Origin: an uncultured Acidobacteriota bacterium
GTDB lineage: Bacteria > Acidobacteriota > UBA6911
Direction of reading: 5' to 3'
Assembly: GCA_963843575.1 (NCBI GenBank)
Contig: CAWJKZ010000014.1
Coordinates: 384,001-448,000, forward strand
Length of the DNA stretch: 64,000 nucleotides
This document shows, piece after piece, positions 1-9,890 of the stretch (within the stretch, counting starts at the first letter, position 1; every line of letters begins with the position of its first letter). A program made the translations under genes and the position numbers. The notes beneath the pieces were generated by a model. The model was given only the letters and a program-made list of their open reading frames with translations, had not been told where the DNA came from and did no database searches.

Positions 1-440
1 TGGACGGAGTAGGTCTGGCCGAGCGCCGCCTGTTTCGGGGCGTTGGGCTTCGGCTTCGCCGCGGGCGCCGGCTCCGGCGGGGCCGTCGGCGCGGCGGAAG
101 GCTGGACGACGGTCTTGACGGGTTCCGGTGGCGGCTCGAGCCCTCTTGCCGCCTCGCCGGGCTTGTTCACCCTCTTGTACCAGTCGAGCTGCTCGCGCAC
201 CGGGCGGTCCCCTTCCGGTTGGGCCGGCGCGCCGTCACTCCCGAGCGCCTGTTGCTGGGGTTGGAGTGCCGCAGGCGTCGACGGGATCACCCGGGCTTCC
301 AGCCCGACCGCCTGCCGCTTCCCCTCCACGAAACCGATGACGAAAAAACAGCCGCAGACGGCGACCAGAACGAAGAAGCCGACAATGAGCCTCCGGTTGT
401 CCAGAACGAATTCCATGCCCCTGTCCATGCGCTGGTCCAT
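1..440 (-). CDS. SPOR-domain membrane protein (DedD/FtsN-like), 3' end runs off the window
   Basis: Hand translation from ATG 440: MDQRMDRGMEFVLDNRRLIVGFFVLVAVCGCFFVIGF (single TM), then a Pro/Ala-rich linker, then QTYSVQ at the window edge, which matches the start of a SPOR domain. Confidence 0.7.
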   Translation of the reverse strand, partial: MDQRMDRGMEFVLDNRRLIVGFFVLVAVCGCFFVIGFVEGKRQAVGLEARVIPSTPAALQPQQQALGSDGAPAQPEGDRPVREQLDWYKRVNKPGEAARGLEPPPEPVKTVVQPSAAPTAPPEPAPAAKPKPNAPKQAALGQTYSV

Positions 441-453
441 GTTGCTCCACCCG

Positions 454-1206
454 CTATTTTTCGAGCCAATGGCGGATTATATCCACGGGCACCGGGAAAA
501 TCACCGTGGTGTTCTTCTCGACGCCGATCTCGGTCAGTGTCTGCAGGTACCGCAATTGCAGCGCCACCGGCTCCCTGTTGATCACGGCCGCGGCGTCCGC
601 GAGCTTTTCGGCTGCCTGGAACTCGCCTTCGGCGTGGATGATCTTGGCCCGTTTTTCGCGTTCCGCCTCGGCCTGCTTGGCCATCGCGCGCTGCATCTCC
701 TGAGGCAGGTCGACCTGCTTGACCTCGACCAGTCCGACCTTGATGCCCCAGGCGTCGGTGTGCTGGTCGAGGATCTCCTGGAGCTTGACGTTGAGCTTCT
801 CGCGCCTGCTCAGCAGGTCGTCGAGATCCACCTCGCCCAGCACCGAACGCAGCGTGGTCTGGGCGAGCTGGGAAGTGGCGTACAGGTAGTTTTCGACCTC
901 CACGATCGCCCTGGGCGCGTTCATGACCCGGAAATAGACGATGGCGTTGACCTTCACGGATACGTTGTCGCGCGTGATGATGTCCTGCGGCGGAACCTCC
1001 AGCGTGATGGTCCGGAGGCTCACGCGCACGATCTTGAACACCGGCCAGAACACGAAGAGCAAGCCTGGCCCCTTCGCCTCCGGGATGAGCCGGCCGAGCC
1101 GGAACACCACGGCGCGCTCGTATTCCCTCAGGATGTTGACGGTGCTCCAACCGTACAGCAGAACGATGCCGATGGCGAACAGCCAGGGCACATTGGACTG
1201 GTCCAT
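454..1206 (-). CDS. SPFH/stomatin (slipin) family protein
   Basis: [42 protein letters not shown] and LQLRYLQTL motifs; lies downstream of nfeD. Confidence 0.95.
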   Translation of the reverse strand: MDQSNVPWLFAIGIVLLYGWSTVNILREYERAVVFRLGRLIPEAKGPGLLFVFWPVFKIVRVSLRTITLEVPPQDIITRDNVSVKVNAIVYFRVMNAPRAIVEVENYLYATSQLAQTTLRSVLGEVDLDDLLSRREKLNVKLQEILDQHTDAWGIKVGLVEVKQVDLPQEMQRAMAKQAEAEREKRAKIIHAEGEFQAAEKLADAAAVINREPVALQLRYLQTLTEIGVEKNTTVIFPVPVDIIRHWLEK

Positions 1207-1246
1207 GACACCCTCACTTTGATGCCGTCAGATTAGCCGCGCTGTC

Positions 1247-2552
1247 TTATTTCAACTCCTCTACCTCGAGGGTCAGATCCTGAACGGCCTTGACCCTGAC
1301 CCGCGCGCCGGGCGGGATCGGCGTCCGGGCCTGCGCGGTCCAGTACTCGCCCCTCACCTTGACCCGCCCGGATCCATGGATCTCCGTGTCGGCGATCCCG
1401 ACGAGCCCGATCATCCCGGATGCACCCGTAGTGACGCGCTGCCGCAGCGACTTCACCACGGCCACCAGCAGCAGGATGAAAATCAGCGCGAACGGCACCG
1501 CAACCGACACCGCGGTCCCCAGGCCGATGCGAACCGCCGGGTCCGGAGTGTCGACCAGGATCAACATTCCTATTATCATGGCGACCAACGCCCCCAAAGC
1601 CGAGCACCCCGAACCCCTGGACCTTGACCTCCGCGACAAATAGCCCGACGGCGAGCAGGATCAGCAGCACACCCACGTAGTTGATCGGAAGGAACGAAAA
1701 GCCCAGGATGGACACGAGCAGGCAGATCCCGCCAACCACACCGGGCGCGACGAAACCGGGATGGGTGAACTCGAAATAGAGCAGGATCAGGCCGGCCACG
1801 CCCAGCAGCAACGCCAGGTTGGGCTGAGCCACGGTAGACAGGAACTTCTGGCGCGACGACATCGGGTAGTCCACCACTTCCTGGCCGCGGGTGGACAAGG
1901 AGCGTTCCTCCCCGGAAAAAAGGTGGACTTTGTAGCCCTCGAGCCTCTGGAGCAGCTCTCCCTCATCGCGCGCCACCAGATCGATCAGGCGAAGGTCCAG
2001 AGCCTCGGCCTCCGTGAAGGACTTGCTGTCGGTGACACCCTTCTCGGCCTCCGCCACGTTCCGGTTGCGCTTCGACGCGATGCTCCGGAGGAAAGCCGTG
2101 GCGTTGCTCGTGATTTTTTCCGTGAGCGTCTTGCCCGCCTCCCCGCCGCTGACCGGGAAACCGCCGATCGCCATGAGCGGGTGAGCCGCCCCGGTGTTGG
2201 TCCCGGGGGCCATGGCCGCCACGTCGGCCGCCAGCAGTATGAAAAAACCGGCCGAGGCGGCCTTGGCCCCGCTCGGCGTCACGTACACGACGACCGGGAC
2301 CGTGCTGCCCAGCATCTTCGTGATGATGTCCTCCATCGATCCGGCAAACCCGCCGGGGGTCTGCAGCCGGATCAACAGCAGTTCGGCCCGTTCCGATTGC
2401 GCCCGGTCGATGGCCCCCACGACAAACTCTGCACTGATGGGATCGATGGCGCCGTTCAGGTCGATGCGCGCGATCTTACCCCATGCGCCGCGGGTGCATC
2501 CGCCGGCGAGAACCAACAGAGACGCTACGCAGAGGCGCGCTAGGGAGGACAT
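1247..2552 (-). CDS. nfeD: NfeD family membrane-bound ClpP-class serine protease, long form (apparent frameshift near 1590)
   Basis: LQTPGG, AASAG and APGTNTGAAHP motifs in ORF 1233-2552; the C-terminal OB domain (TTGASGMIG..GRVKVRGEYWTA) is in a second frame (1247-1639). Confidence 0.9.
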
Positions 2553-2714
2553 GGCCTGGCCTGTCTGGAGTGGACATCATAGCACACGACAGCCGGCCAA
2601 AAACCAACCGAGTTCCGGGATGGGGGCGCGCAATTCGGCGCCGAGGCACCGGGCTGTTTCGGCCGTGGGACGCAGTGAAAGCGGCGCGAGGCGGCCGAGG
2701 CGCCGCACTCCGGA

Positions 2715-3614
2715 TTACTTCAGGATGGCCGCCTGCTTTTCGGCGTGGTAGGAGGAGCGGACCAGAGGGCCCGACTCGAAGTGGCGGAAGCCCAGCGAAA
2801 GCCCGTAGTCGCGCAGCTGGTCGAATTCCTCGGGCGTATAGAACCGCTCGACGGGCAGGTGGTCCCGCGTGGGCTGCAGGTATTGTCCGAGCGTCACGAT
2901 ATCCACACTCGCGTCGCGGAGGTCGTTGAGGCTCTCCAGCACCTCGTCCCTGCGTTCGCCGAGGCCGAGCATGATGCTCGATTTCGTGGTGAGGTCCCCG
3001 CCCAGCGCCTTAGCCTGGCGCAACAGGTCGAGCGAACGGCGGTAGCGGGATCCGGCGCGTGCCGCCGGGTACAGGCGCGGCACGGTCTCGACGTTGTGCG
3101 CCAGGACGTCCGGTCTGGCACCGACCACGACCTGCAGGGCCCCGCCGTCGCCCCGGAAGTCCGGGATGAGGACCTCGATGCGGATGGCCGGCGAGGCCAG
3201 GCGCGTCAGCCGGATGGTTTCGGCAAAGATGCCGGCCCCGCCGTCCTTCAGGTCGTCGCGGTCCACCGAGGTGATCACGGCGTATCTCAGGTTGAGGCTG
3301 GCGATCGCCTCGGCAACCCGCCGGGGCTCGTCTGTGTCGTATTCCGGCGGTCGTCCCGTCTTCACCGCGCAGAACTTGCAGGCCCGTGTGCAGACGTCCC
3401 CCAGGATCATGAAGGTCGCGGTGCCGGCCCCCCAACACTCGCCGATGTTGGGGCAACGCGCGTCCTCGCACACGGTGTTGAGCCGATGCCCGCGCACCAG
3501 GCCCTTGAGCCGAAAGTACTCCTCTCCTTGCGGCAGACGCACCCTGAGCCAATCGGGACGTGCGGGGCGCCGCGCGGGGGCTGCATCGACGATCTTGAAC
3601 GGGTCCGATCCCAT
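2715..3614 (-). CDS. lipA: Lipoyl synthase
   Basis: CEDARCPNIGEC, radical SAM CTRACKFC and C-terminal RSSY motifs. Confidence 0.97.
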   Translation of the reverse strand: MGSDPFKIVDAAPARRPARPDWLRVRLPQGEEYFRLKGLVRGHRLNTVCEDARCPNIGECWGAGTATFMILGDVCTRACKFCAVKTGRPPEYDTDEPRRVAEAIASLNLRYAVITSVDRDDLKDGGAGIFAETIRLTRLASPAIRIEVLIPDFRGDGGALQVVVGARPDVLAHNVETVPRLYPAARAGSRYRRSLDLLRQAKALGGDLTTKSSIMLGLGERRDEVLESLNDLRDASVDIVTLGQYLQPTRDHLPVERFYTPEEFDQLRDYGLSLGFRHFESGPLVRSSYHAEKQAAILK

Positions 3615-3665
3615 AACGATTGTTTACCACATCCGCGGCGCCCGTGAACAGGCCCGCATTCCGCT

Positions 3666-4508
3666 TCAGAAGGTCCTGTAGGAGCCGAGCACCCGGAAGA
3701 AAAGGGTCATCTCCCTGAGATGACGGAGGGCGTTGGCGCATTCGCGGCTGCGCACGTCGCTGTGCAGGTCGAGGTAGAAGAGATATTCGAACGGCTTGCC
3801 GTGGATCGGACGCGATTCGATCTTGGTCAGGTCGATGCTGCGCAGCGCGAAAACCGAGAGCGCCTTAAACAGGGCCCCGGGCTCGTTCTTGAGTCCGAAC
3901 ACGACCGTCGTCTTCTCGCCCCCCTGCGGGAAGCGCCCGCGAGGCGCCAGAGCCAGAAAGCGGGTGAAGTTCTCGCGGTTGTCCTCGATGTTGCGCCGGA
4001 GGATCTTCATGCGGTAGATCCGCGCCGCGTCTGCCGACGCGATTGCCGCGGCCCCGGCCAGCCCGCGCTCGCTGATCGTCTTGACCGCCCCGGCCGTGTC
4101 GTAGAAGGAAACCTGCTCCGCCCTTTTCATCGAGCGCAGGAATTTCCGGCACTGCGCCAGGGCGACCGGGTGCGAATAAATCTGCCGGATGTCCGACAGC
4201 CGCGTGCCGCGCAACGCGATCAACTGGTGCTCCACCCGGACATAGGTTTCCGCCACGGCCTGAAGCGCGTGCGTCACCAGCAGGTCGAAGTTCTGGTGGA
4301 TGCTTCCGGCGAGCGAGTTCTCGATGGGGATCACCGCGAGGTCGGCACGGCGCTGCGCCACGCGGGCGAACACGTCGTCGAATGTCGCCGACGGGACCGG
4401 CTGGATTGCCTGGCCGCAGATCTGCACGCTCGCGCGGTGGCTGAAGGCCCCCAGTTCGCCCTGGAAGGCGACGCTTGTGCCGGGTTTCGCCCCTAGGGTC
4501 CTCTTCAT
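3666..4508 (-). CDS. pheA: Prephenate dehydratase
   Basis: AFQGELGAFS, PIENSLAG, SHPVALAQC, NFTRF and ACT-domain LTKIESRP motifs. Confidence 0.95.
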   Translation of the reverse strand: MKRTLGAKPGTSVAFQGELGAFSHRASVQICGQAIQPVPSATFDDVFARVAQRRADLAVIPIENSLAGSIHQNFDLLVTHALQAVAETYVRVEHQLIALRGTRLSDIRQIYSHPVALAQCRKFLRSMKRAEQVSFYDTAGAVKTISERGLAGAAAIASADAARIYRMKILRRNIEDNRENFTRFLALAPRGRFPQGGEKTTVVFGLKNEPGALFKALSVFALRSIDLTKIESRPIHGKPFEYLFYLDLHSDVRSRECANALRHLREMTLFFRVLGSYRTF

Positions 4509-4678
4509 GATCGACCAGCCGCCGCGGGCCCGGAAATGAGTTGCGCCTGCACCATGCACCCGACCGCCCTGTGGATCGCGGCGCCGGTGTCGGGGCGGCC
4601 GACCGCAGCTCCGAGCACCTCCGGCCCGATACCGCCGCCCGGCTGGATGCTCACAGAGCTAGTCTCGGGGGTACTCAT
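4505..4678 (-). pseudogene. 57-aa relic of an isopropylmalate/isocitrate dehydrogenase (LeuB/Icd family) gene with a large internal deletion
   Basis: Hand translation MSTPETSSVSIQPGGGIGPEVLGAAVGRPDTGAAIHRAVGCMVQAQLISGPAAAGRS*; PGGGIGPEV matches the family motif PGDGIGPEV; stop overlaps the pheA ATG (ATGA). Confidence 0.6.
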
Positions 4679-4704
4679 CGTTCCGCAGTCCCGTGCAATA
4701 CCGA

Positions 4705-6258
4705 TTATGCGCCCGCACCCTCCGCGCGTTCCTGATGCTCCGCCAGCGCCGCCTGATAATGCGCCATCTTATTGAGGCATTAAGATATGCTCGCGCGCTC
4801 GCGTCCACGATATCGGTGCTGGCCGCCTTGCCGATAAACGAGACCTTCCCAAAATCGACGCGCATGAAGACCTCGCCCACGGCGTCCTTGCCGCGGGTGA
4901 CGCTGTGGACGCTGTACTCCATCAGCCTCCCGGCAATCCCCGTAACCCGGTCGATTGCCTTCAGGGCGGCATCCACCGGTCCGTCACCGATGGACGAGTC
5001 CCGCAGCTGCTGCCCCTCCTTCTCCAGCACGACCGTGGCCGTGGCGATGATCTGATTGCCACCGCTGGATTGGATGTACTTGAGCCTGTAGAGCTCAGGG
5101 ATAACCCGCAGACCGTCGCGGACGATGACGACCAGGTCCTCGTCGTACACCTCTTTCTTCTTGTCGGCGACTTTCTTGAAAAGCGTGTAGGCCTTCTCCA
5201 GTTCCGGCTGGGTCAACTCGAAACCGAGATCCTTGTACTTGAGCTTCAGGGCGTGGCGCCCCGAATGCTTACCCATCACCAGCTTGTTGTCCTTGATGCC
5301 AACGGTCTCCGGCTTCATGATCTCGTAGGTCGACTTATCCTTCAGAACGCCGTCCTGGTGGATTCCGGCCTCGTGCGCAAAGGCATTCCGCCCAACTACT
5401 GCCTTGTTGGCTTGCACGATCAGCCCAGTCAGATTCGTCAGCAGGCGGCTCGAGGGGTACAGCTCCTGGGTGGCAATTTCCGTCCCCGCCTGGAAAAAAT
5501 TCCTGCGCGTGTGCAGCGCCATCACGATCTCTTCCAGCGACGCGTTGCCTGCGCGCTCGCCGATGCCGTTGATCGTGCACTCGACCTGCCGGACGCCGTT
5601 CTGGATCGCCACGAGCGAATTGGCCACCGCCAGGCCCAGGTCGTTGTGACAGTGCACCGACAGGACAGTCTTCCCGATGTTCGGCACGTGCGAGCGCAGG
5701 TATCGGATCGTCTCCGCGAATTCCGACGGAATCGGCGTAGCCGACCGTGTCCGGGATATTGACGACGCCTGCCCCCGCCTCGATCACCGCCTCTACAACC
5801 TGGCAGAGATAGTCGAGGTCGCTGCGCGAGGCATCCTCGGCCGAGAACTCGACGTCGGGGCAAAGCGATTTTGCATAGAGCACCGCCTGCCGGGCGTCCT
5901 CGAGCACCTGCTCCCGGGTTTTCTTCAACTTATGCTTCAGATGTATGTCAGATGTTGCGATAAATGTGTGAATTCTTGGTTTTGCTGCGTGCCGGACCGC
6001 ATCCCAGCAGCGGTCGATGTCGAGTTTGCTGGCACGCGCCAGGCCTGCGATGGTGACACTTCGGATCTCCTCCGCAACCCGCTTCACGGATTCGAAGTCG
6101 CCATCGGATGAGATGGGAAAGCCGGCCTCGATGACGTCGACCCGCAGCTTCTCGAGTTGCCGGGCGAGTATCAGCTTCTCCTCGATATCCATGCTTGCGC
6201 CTGGAGACTGCTCGCCGTCTCGCAACGTGGTGTCAAATACATATATGCGGTCTGTCAT
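4705..6258 (-). CDS. leuA: 2-isopropylmalate synthase (apparent frameshifts near 5735 and 4776)
   Basis: [36 protein letters not shown] and regulatory-domain GDGPVDA motifs; restoring two single bases gives one ORF ending ...[28 protein letters not shown] at 4705. Confidence 0.93.
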
Positions 6259-6297
6259 GAGGGATTCCTTTCCCCAGCGGGGTACGCCGATCGCCGT

Positions 6298-6325
6298 ATC
6301 TTAGACTGCCGACAGGGATAGTCAA
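6298..6325 (-). promoter_or_regulatory. Putative sigma70 promoter of leuA
   Basis: TTGACT-16 nt-TAAGAT on the minus strand, 40 nt upstream of the ATG. Confidence 0.5.
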
Positions 6326-6334
6326 GTGCAATTC

Positions 6335-6495
6335 AAAACAAGTGAGGCCAGGCTTCAGAGGCTGCCCAACGGTTGAACCGCCCGCCCTGCCCGTAAAACA
6401 AGTGGTTCCGGGCTTCAGCCCGGACGTCTTTTGATCTGATCTATTTGGCGACGGGCGCACGTTCTGCGACCGCCGTCCGGGCTGAGGCCCGGACC
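6335..6495. repeat. REP-like inverted doublet plus a degenerate third copy
   Basis: ggttccgggcttcagcccggacg (6404-6426) is inverted against cgtccgggctgaggcccggacc (6474-6495); aaaacaagtg..ggcttcag is repeated directly at 6335 and 6395. Confidence 0.7.
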
Positions 6496-6566
6496 GACGT
6501 GTATTTTGTTTGGATCCGTTGGACAGCCTCTCGAGCCGGGGCTCAGTGCCCGGTGGCCGCGCGTAT

Positions 6567-7805
6567 TCAGCTGATGTAGCTGGCGTTTATGTCCACATAC
6601 TCACGGCTGAGATCGCACGTCCACACCCTCGCGCCGTGCTTTCCCTCGGCGAGATCGATCCCGATCCTGACCTCTTTGGCCTTCAGGGCGCGTTCGGCCC
6701 GGGCGCGCGAGGCTGTGACGCCGGCCCCGTCGCGGAAGATGGGGATGCCGGCGATGGTGAGGGTGATCTTACCGGGATTGAAGGGGACGCCGCTGTATCC
6801 GGCGGCGCACAGGATCCGTCCCCAGTTCAGCTCTTCCCCGTACAGTGCGGTCTTGACGAGCGGCGAGTGCGCGACGGTCTTGGCCACGGTCCGGGCGGCC
6901 TGGAAAGTCGGAGCTCCACGGACGGTGATTTCGACGAGTTTCGTTGCCCCTTCGCCGTCTGCGGCGATGCGCTTGGACAGCTCCTCGCACACCCGCTCGA
7001 GGCCGCGTTCGAAGTGGGCAGCCCAGCGCCCGTCCACGCGGCCGGAGGAGGCGCCATTGGCGATAATAAGGACGGTGTCGTTTGTCGAAGTGTCCCCGTC
7101 GACGGTTACGCAGTTGAACGTGCGGTCGACCACGCGCCGCAGGATGCTTTTGAGCTGCGAGGGGGGCATCTGGACGTCGGTGGTGAGTATGGCGAGCATC
7201 GTGGCCAGATTCGGATGAATCATCCCGGATCCCTTCGCCATCCCCCCGATGCGGACGATCTTCCCGCCGATGCGCCCCTCGACCGCAAAGGTCTTCTCGC
7301 GCGTGTCGGTAGTCATGATGGCGCGCATGGCACAGGCCCCGCCCCGGGAACTGAGGGCGGACACGGCGGCAGCGATACCCGACAGCATCTTCCTGACCGG
7401 GAGAGGCTCGCCAATAACCCCGGTGCTTGCCACGGCAACCTGGCTGGCCGGGATACCGAGGAGAGAGGCAAGGCTGTCGACGGTGGTCGCGGCATCGCGC
7501 AAACCCTCGTCGCCAGTGCAGGCATTGGCGCATCCCGAGTTAACCAGGGCAGCCCGGATGTGCCCGCGCGAGGACTGCAGGTGTTTCCGGGTGAGCGCGA
7601 CCGGGGCGGCCTGAACCCGGTTCGTCGTGAAGACCGCCGCCGCCGATGCCGGTTGCGAGGAGAACAGGACGGCCAGGTCGAGCCCGGCCTTCTTGATCCC
7701 CGCCGCAACCCCTGAGGCGAGGAAGCCTTGCGGGGCGGTAATTCCTCCTCGAACGGATTTCCAAGGCAGCCGTTTCGCACCGGTCCGGGGGAGTTCACGT
7801 TTCAT
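6567..7805 (-). CDS. argJ: Bifunctional ornithine acetyltransferase/N-acetylglutamate synthase
   Basis: VASTGVIG, IMTTDT, KGSGMIHPNLATML and DGDTSTNDT motifs; alternative TTG start at 7856. Confidence 0.96.
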   Translation of the reverse strand: MKRELPRTGAKRLPWKSVRGGITAPQGFLASGVAAGIKKAGLDLAVLFSSQPASAAAVFTTNRVQAAPVALTRKHLQSSRGHIRAALVNSGCANACTGDEGLRDAATTVDSLASLLGIPASQVAVASTGVIGEPLPVRKMLSGIAAAVSALSSRGGACAMRAIMTTDTREKTFAVEGRIGGKIVRIGGMAKGSGMIHPNLATMLAILTTDVQMPPSQLKSILRRVVDRTFNCVTVDGDTSTNDTVLIIANGASSGRVDGRWAAHFERGLERVCEELSKRIAADGEGATKLVEITVRGAPTFQAARTVAKTVAHSPLVKTALYGEELNWGRILCAAGYSGVPFNPGKITLTIAGIPIFRDGAGVTASRARAERALKAKEVRIGIDLAEGKHGARVWTCDLSREYVDINASYIS

Positions 7806-7852
7806 AAGCGGGGCGCACCATCGATAGTTCGTTTCGGGAGACGGATCCTGGC

Positions 7853-9106
7853 TCAAGCCTGCCTGGACACCGCTTTTTCGCGCTCGACCTCCGTCAGGAC
7901 GGCATCCAAGGTTGACAGGAACAGGTCCAATTCGCCCGTCGAGACGATGTAGGGGGGTAGCAGACGTAGAACGGTCTCGTGTGCGGCGTTGGCGATCACG
8001 CCGCGGCGCAGGAGCCGCTGCACCACGTCCCGGGCGGAGGCTCCGAGTTCCGCGCCGATCATAAGGCCCATGCCCCGCACCGCGCCGATCAGGGTGTGTT
8101 TTTCGGCCAGGGCCTTCAGTCCCGTCACGAGATAATCGCCCATCGTGCTAACGCGGTCCAGCAGCTGGTCCTCCTCCATTATGTCCAGCACCTCGAGCGC
8201 GAGCCGACACGCCAGGGGTCCTCCGCCGAACGTGGTGCCGTGGTCCCCCGCCTTCAGGCTTTCGGCGACGCGGGCGCTCCCGAGCACGGCTCCGAGCGGG
8301 TAGCCCCCGGCCAGCGACTTCGCCAGCGTCACCAGATCGGGGCGGATGCCGAAGTGTTGAAAAGCAAAAAACTTGCCCGTGCGCCCCATCCCACTCTGAA
8401 TTTCGTCCACGACGAGCAGACTGCCGTACCGGTCGCAGAGCCGGCGGGCCGCGTGGAGGAATTCCCGCGGCAGCGGCACTATGCCGGCTTCGCCCTGTAT
8501 CGGTTCGAGCACAAGCGCGCACACCTCGTCGTGAAACGCGTGTTCCAGGGCCTCCACGGTAAAGTCCTCGACCACGGAGACGCCGGGCAGAAGGGGGCGG
8601 AAGGGCTCCTGGTATTTCTCCTGGGCCGTGATGCTCAGCGCGCCGAGCGTCCTGCCGTGGAAGGAGTTCTTCAGGGTCAGAATTGCGCTCTTTTGCGCGT
8701 TCCCTTGCGACCGCGCGTAGGCGCGCGCGATCTTCAGCGCCCCCTCGATGGCTTCGGTCCCGCTGTTGGTGAAGAAGACCCGCGACATGCCCGAGATCAG
8801 CGTGAGCCGGCGCGCGAGCACGCCCTGGAACGGGTGGTAAAACAGGTTCGAGCAGTGCACGATCTTCTGCGCCTGCTCGATCAACACCCGGGTGAGCCGC
8901 GGGTGATTGTAGCCGAGCGCGTTGACGGCGATACCGGCGAGCATGTCCAGGTAGCGGCGTCCCTGAAGATCGTAGACGAAGGCGCCGGCCCCGTGCGAGA
9001 CGAAGAGGTCGTAACGCTTGTAGGTCGGAAACAGGCACTCCTGTTCGAGCGCCGCGATCTCGGCCTCGCTGAGTTTCAGGTAAGGGTCGGGCTCAGGAGT
9101 CTGCAT
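7853..9106 (-). CDS. argD: Acetylornithine aminotransferase
   Basis: NSGTEAIE, SFHGRT, DEIQSGMGRTG, PLP-lysine AKSLAGG and HGTTFGG motifs; lies in the arg cluster. Confidence 0.93.
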   Translation of the reverse strand: MQTPEPDPYLKLSEAEIAALEQECLFPTYKRYDLFVSHGAGAFVYDLQGRRYLDMLAGIAVNALGYNHPRLTRVLIEQAQKIVHCSNLFYHPFQGVLARRLTLISGMSRVFFTNSGTEAIEGALKIARAYARSQGNAQKSAILTLKNSFHGRTLGALSITAQEKYQEPFRPLLPGVSVVEDFTVEALEHAFHDEVCALVLEPIQGEAGIVPLPREFLHAARRLCDRYGSLLVVDEIQSGMGRTGKFFAFQHFGIRPDLVTLAKSLAGGYPLGAVLGSARVAESLKAGDHGTTFGGGPLACRLALEVLDIMEEDQLLDRVSTMGDYLVTGLKALAEKHTLIGAVRGMGLMIGAELGASARDVVQRLLRRGVIANAAHETVLRLLPPYIVSTGELDLFLSTLDAVLTEVEREKAVSRQA

Positions 9107-9890
9107 GGATGCACGTTCCTTCCGTCAGGGTTCCGCTGACGAACGAGTTGAGGATTCCCGGGGTTGCACCGGGCAGGATGTACACGGCAGCGACACCGCA
9201 GTTCAAGGCCTCCAGACAGGAGCTCGTCTTTGGGAGCATGCCCCCGGAGAGAGCGCCTTCGCGCGTCATCGCGGCGACCCCTTCACGGGTGAGGCTGCGG
9301 ACTACGGCTCCCGTCGCGTCCTTCACCCCGGGGACGTCGGTGAGGTAGACGAGGGCCTCGCACCCGGTACCCCAGGCACAGACGGCGGCCATCTGGTCGG
9401 CATTGACGTTGAAGAGCTGCCCGTCGTCGCCGTACCCTATGCTCGAAACCACGGGGACCAGTCCGCCGCCGTGCAGCAGCTTGAACAGCGCCCGGTTGAC
9501 CGAAACCGGCTGCCCCACGTAGCCGAGGTCGGGAGGATATCCGGGCGACCCCGCCACGGAGCGGCAGCGGACCGCGGCTCCGTCGGCGCCGCAGATCCCG
9601 ATGGCCGAGCTGCCCATGACCTGCAGATCGGCCACCAGCGATTTGTTGACCTCGCCGGCGAGGACCATTACAGCGACGGCGAGAGTCTGGGCGTCGGTAA
9701 CCCGCAGCCCCTCCACGAAACGCGAGGGGATCTGCAGCTCGGCGAGCCGCCGGCTCAGGCTTTTTCCGCCGCCGTGGACGAGTATGATCTCGTGGCCGTC
9801 CCGTTCCAGTTCCGCGACCTGCGCGAGGATGGCGCGGCACAGGGTCGGCTCCTCCAGGAGGCTCCCGCCCAGTTTAACCGTGAAGCGCAA
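9093..9890 (-). CDS. argB: Acetylglutamate kinase
   Basis: VKLGGS, LVHGGG, GLRVTD, NVNAD, LTDVPGV and GGMLPK motifs. Confidence 0.95.
   Translation of the reverse strand: MRFTVKLGGSLLEEPTLCRAILAQVAELERDGHEIILVHGGGKSLSRRLAELQIPSRFVEGLRVTDAQTLAVAVMVLAGEVNKSLVADLQVMGSSAIGICGADGAAVRCRSVAGSPGYPPDLGYVGQPVSVNRALFKLLHGGGLVPVVSSIGYGDDGQLFNVNADQMAAVCAWGTGCEALVYLTDVPGVKDATGAVVRSLTREGVAAMTREGALSGGMLPKTSSCLEALNCGVAAVYILPGATPGILNSFVSGTLTEGTCIHADS

Noticed and set aside
6259-6300. Leucine attenuator leader upstream of leuA
   Set aside because: No Leu-rich leader peptide or terminator between the promoter and the ATG
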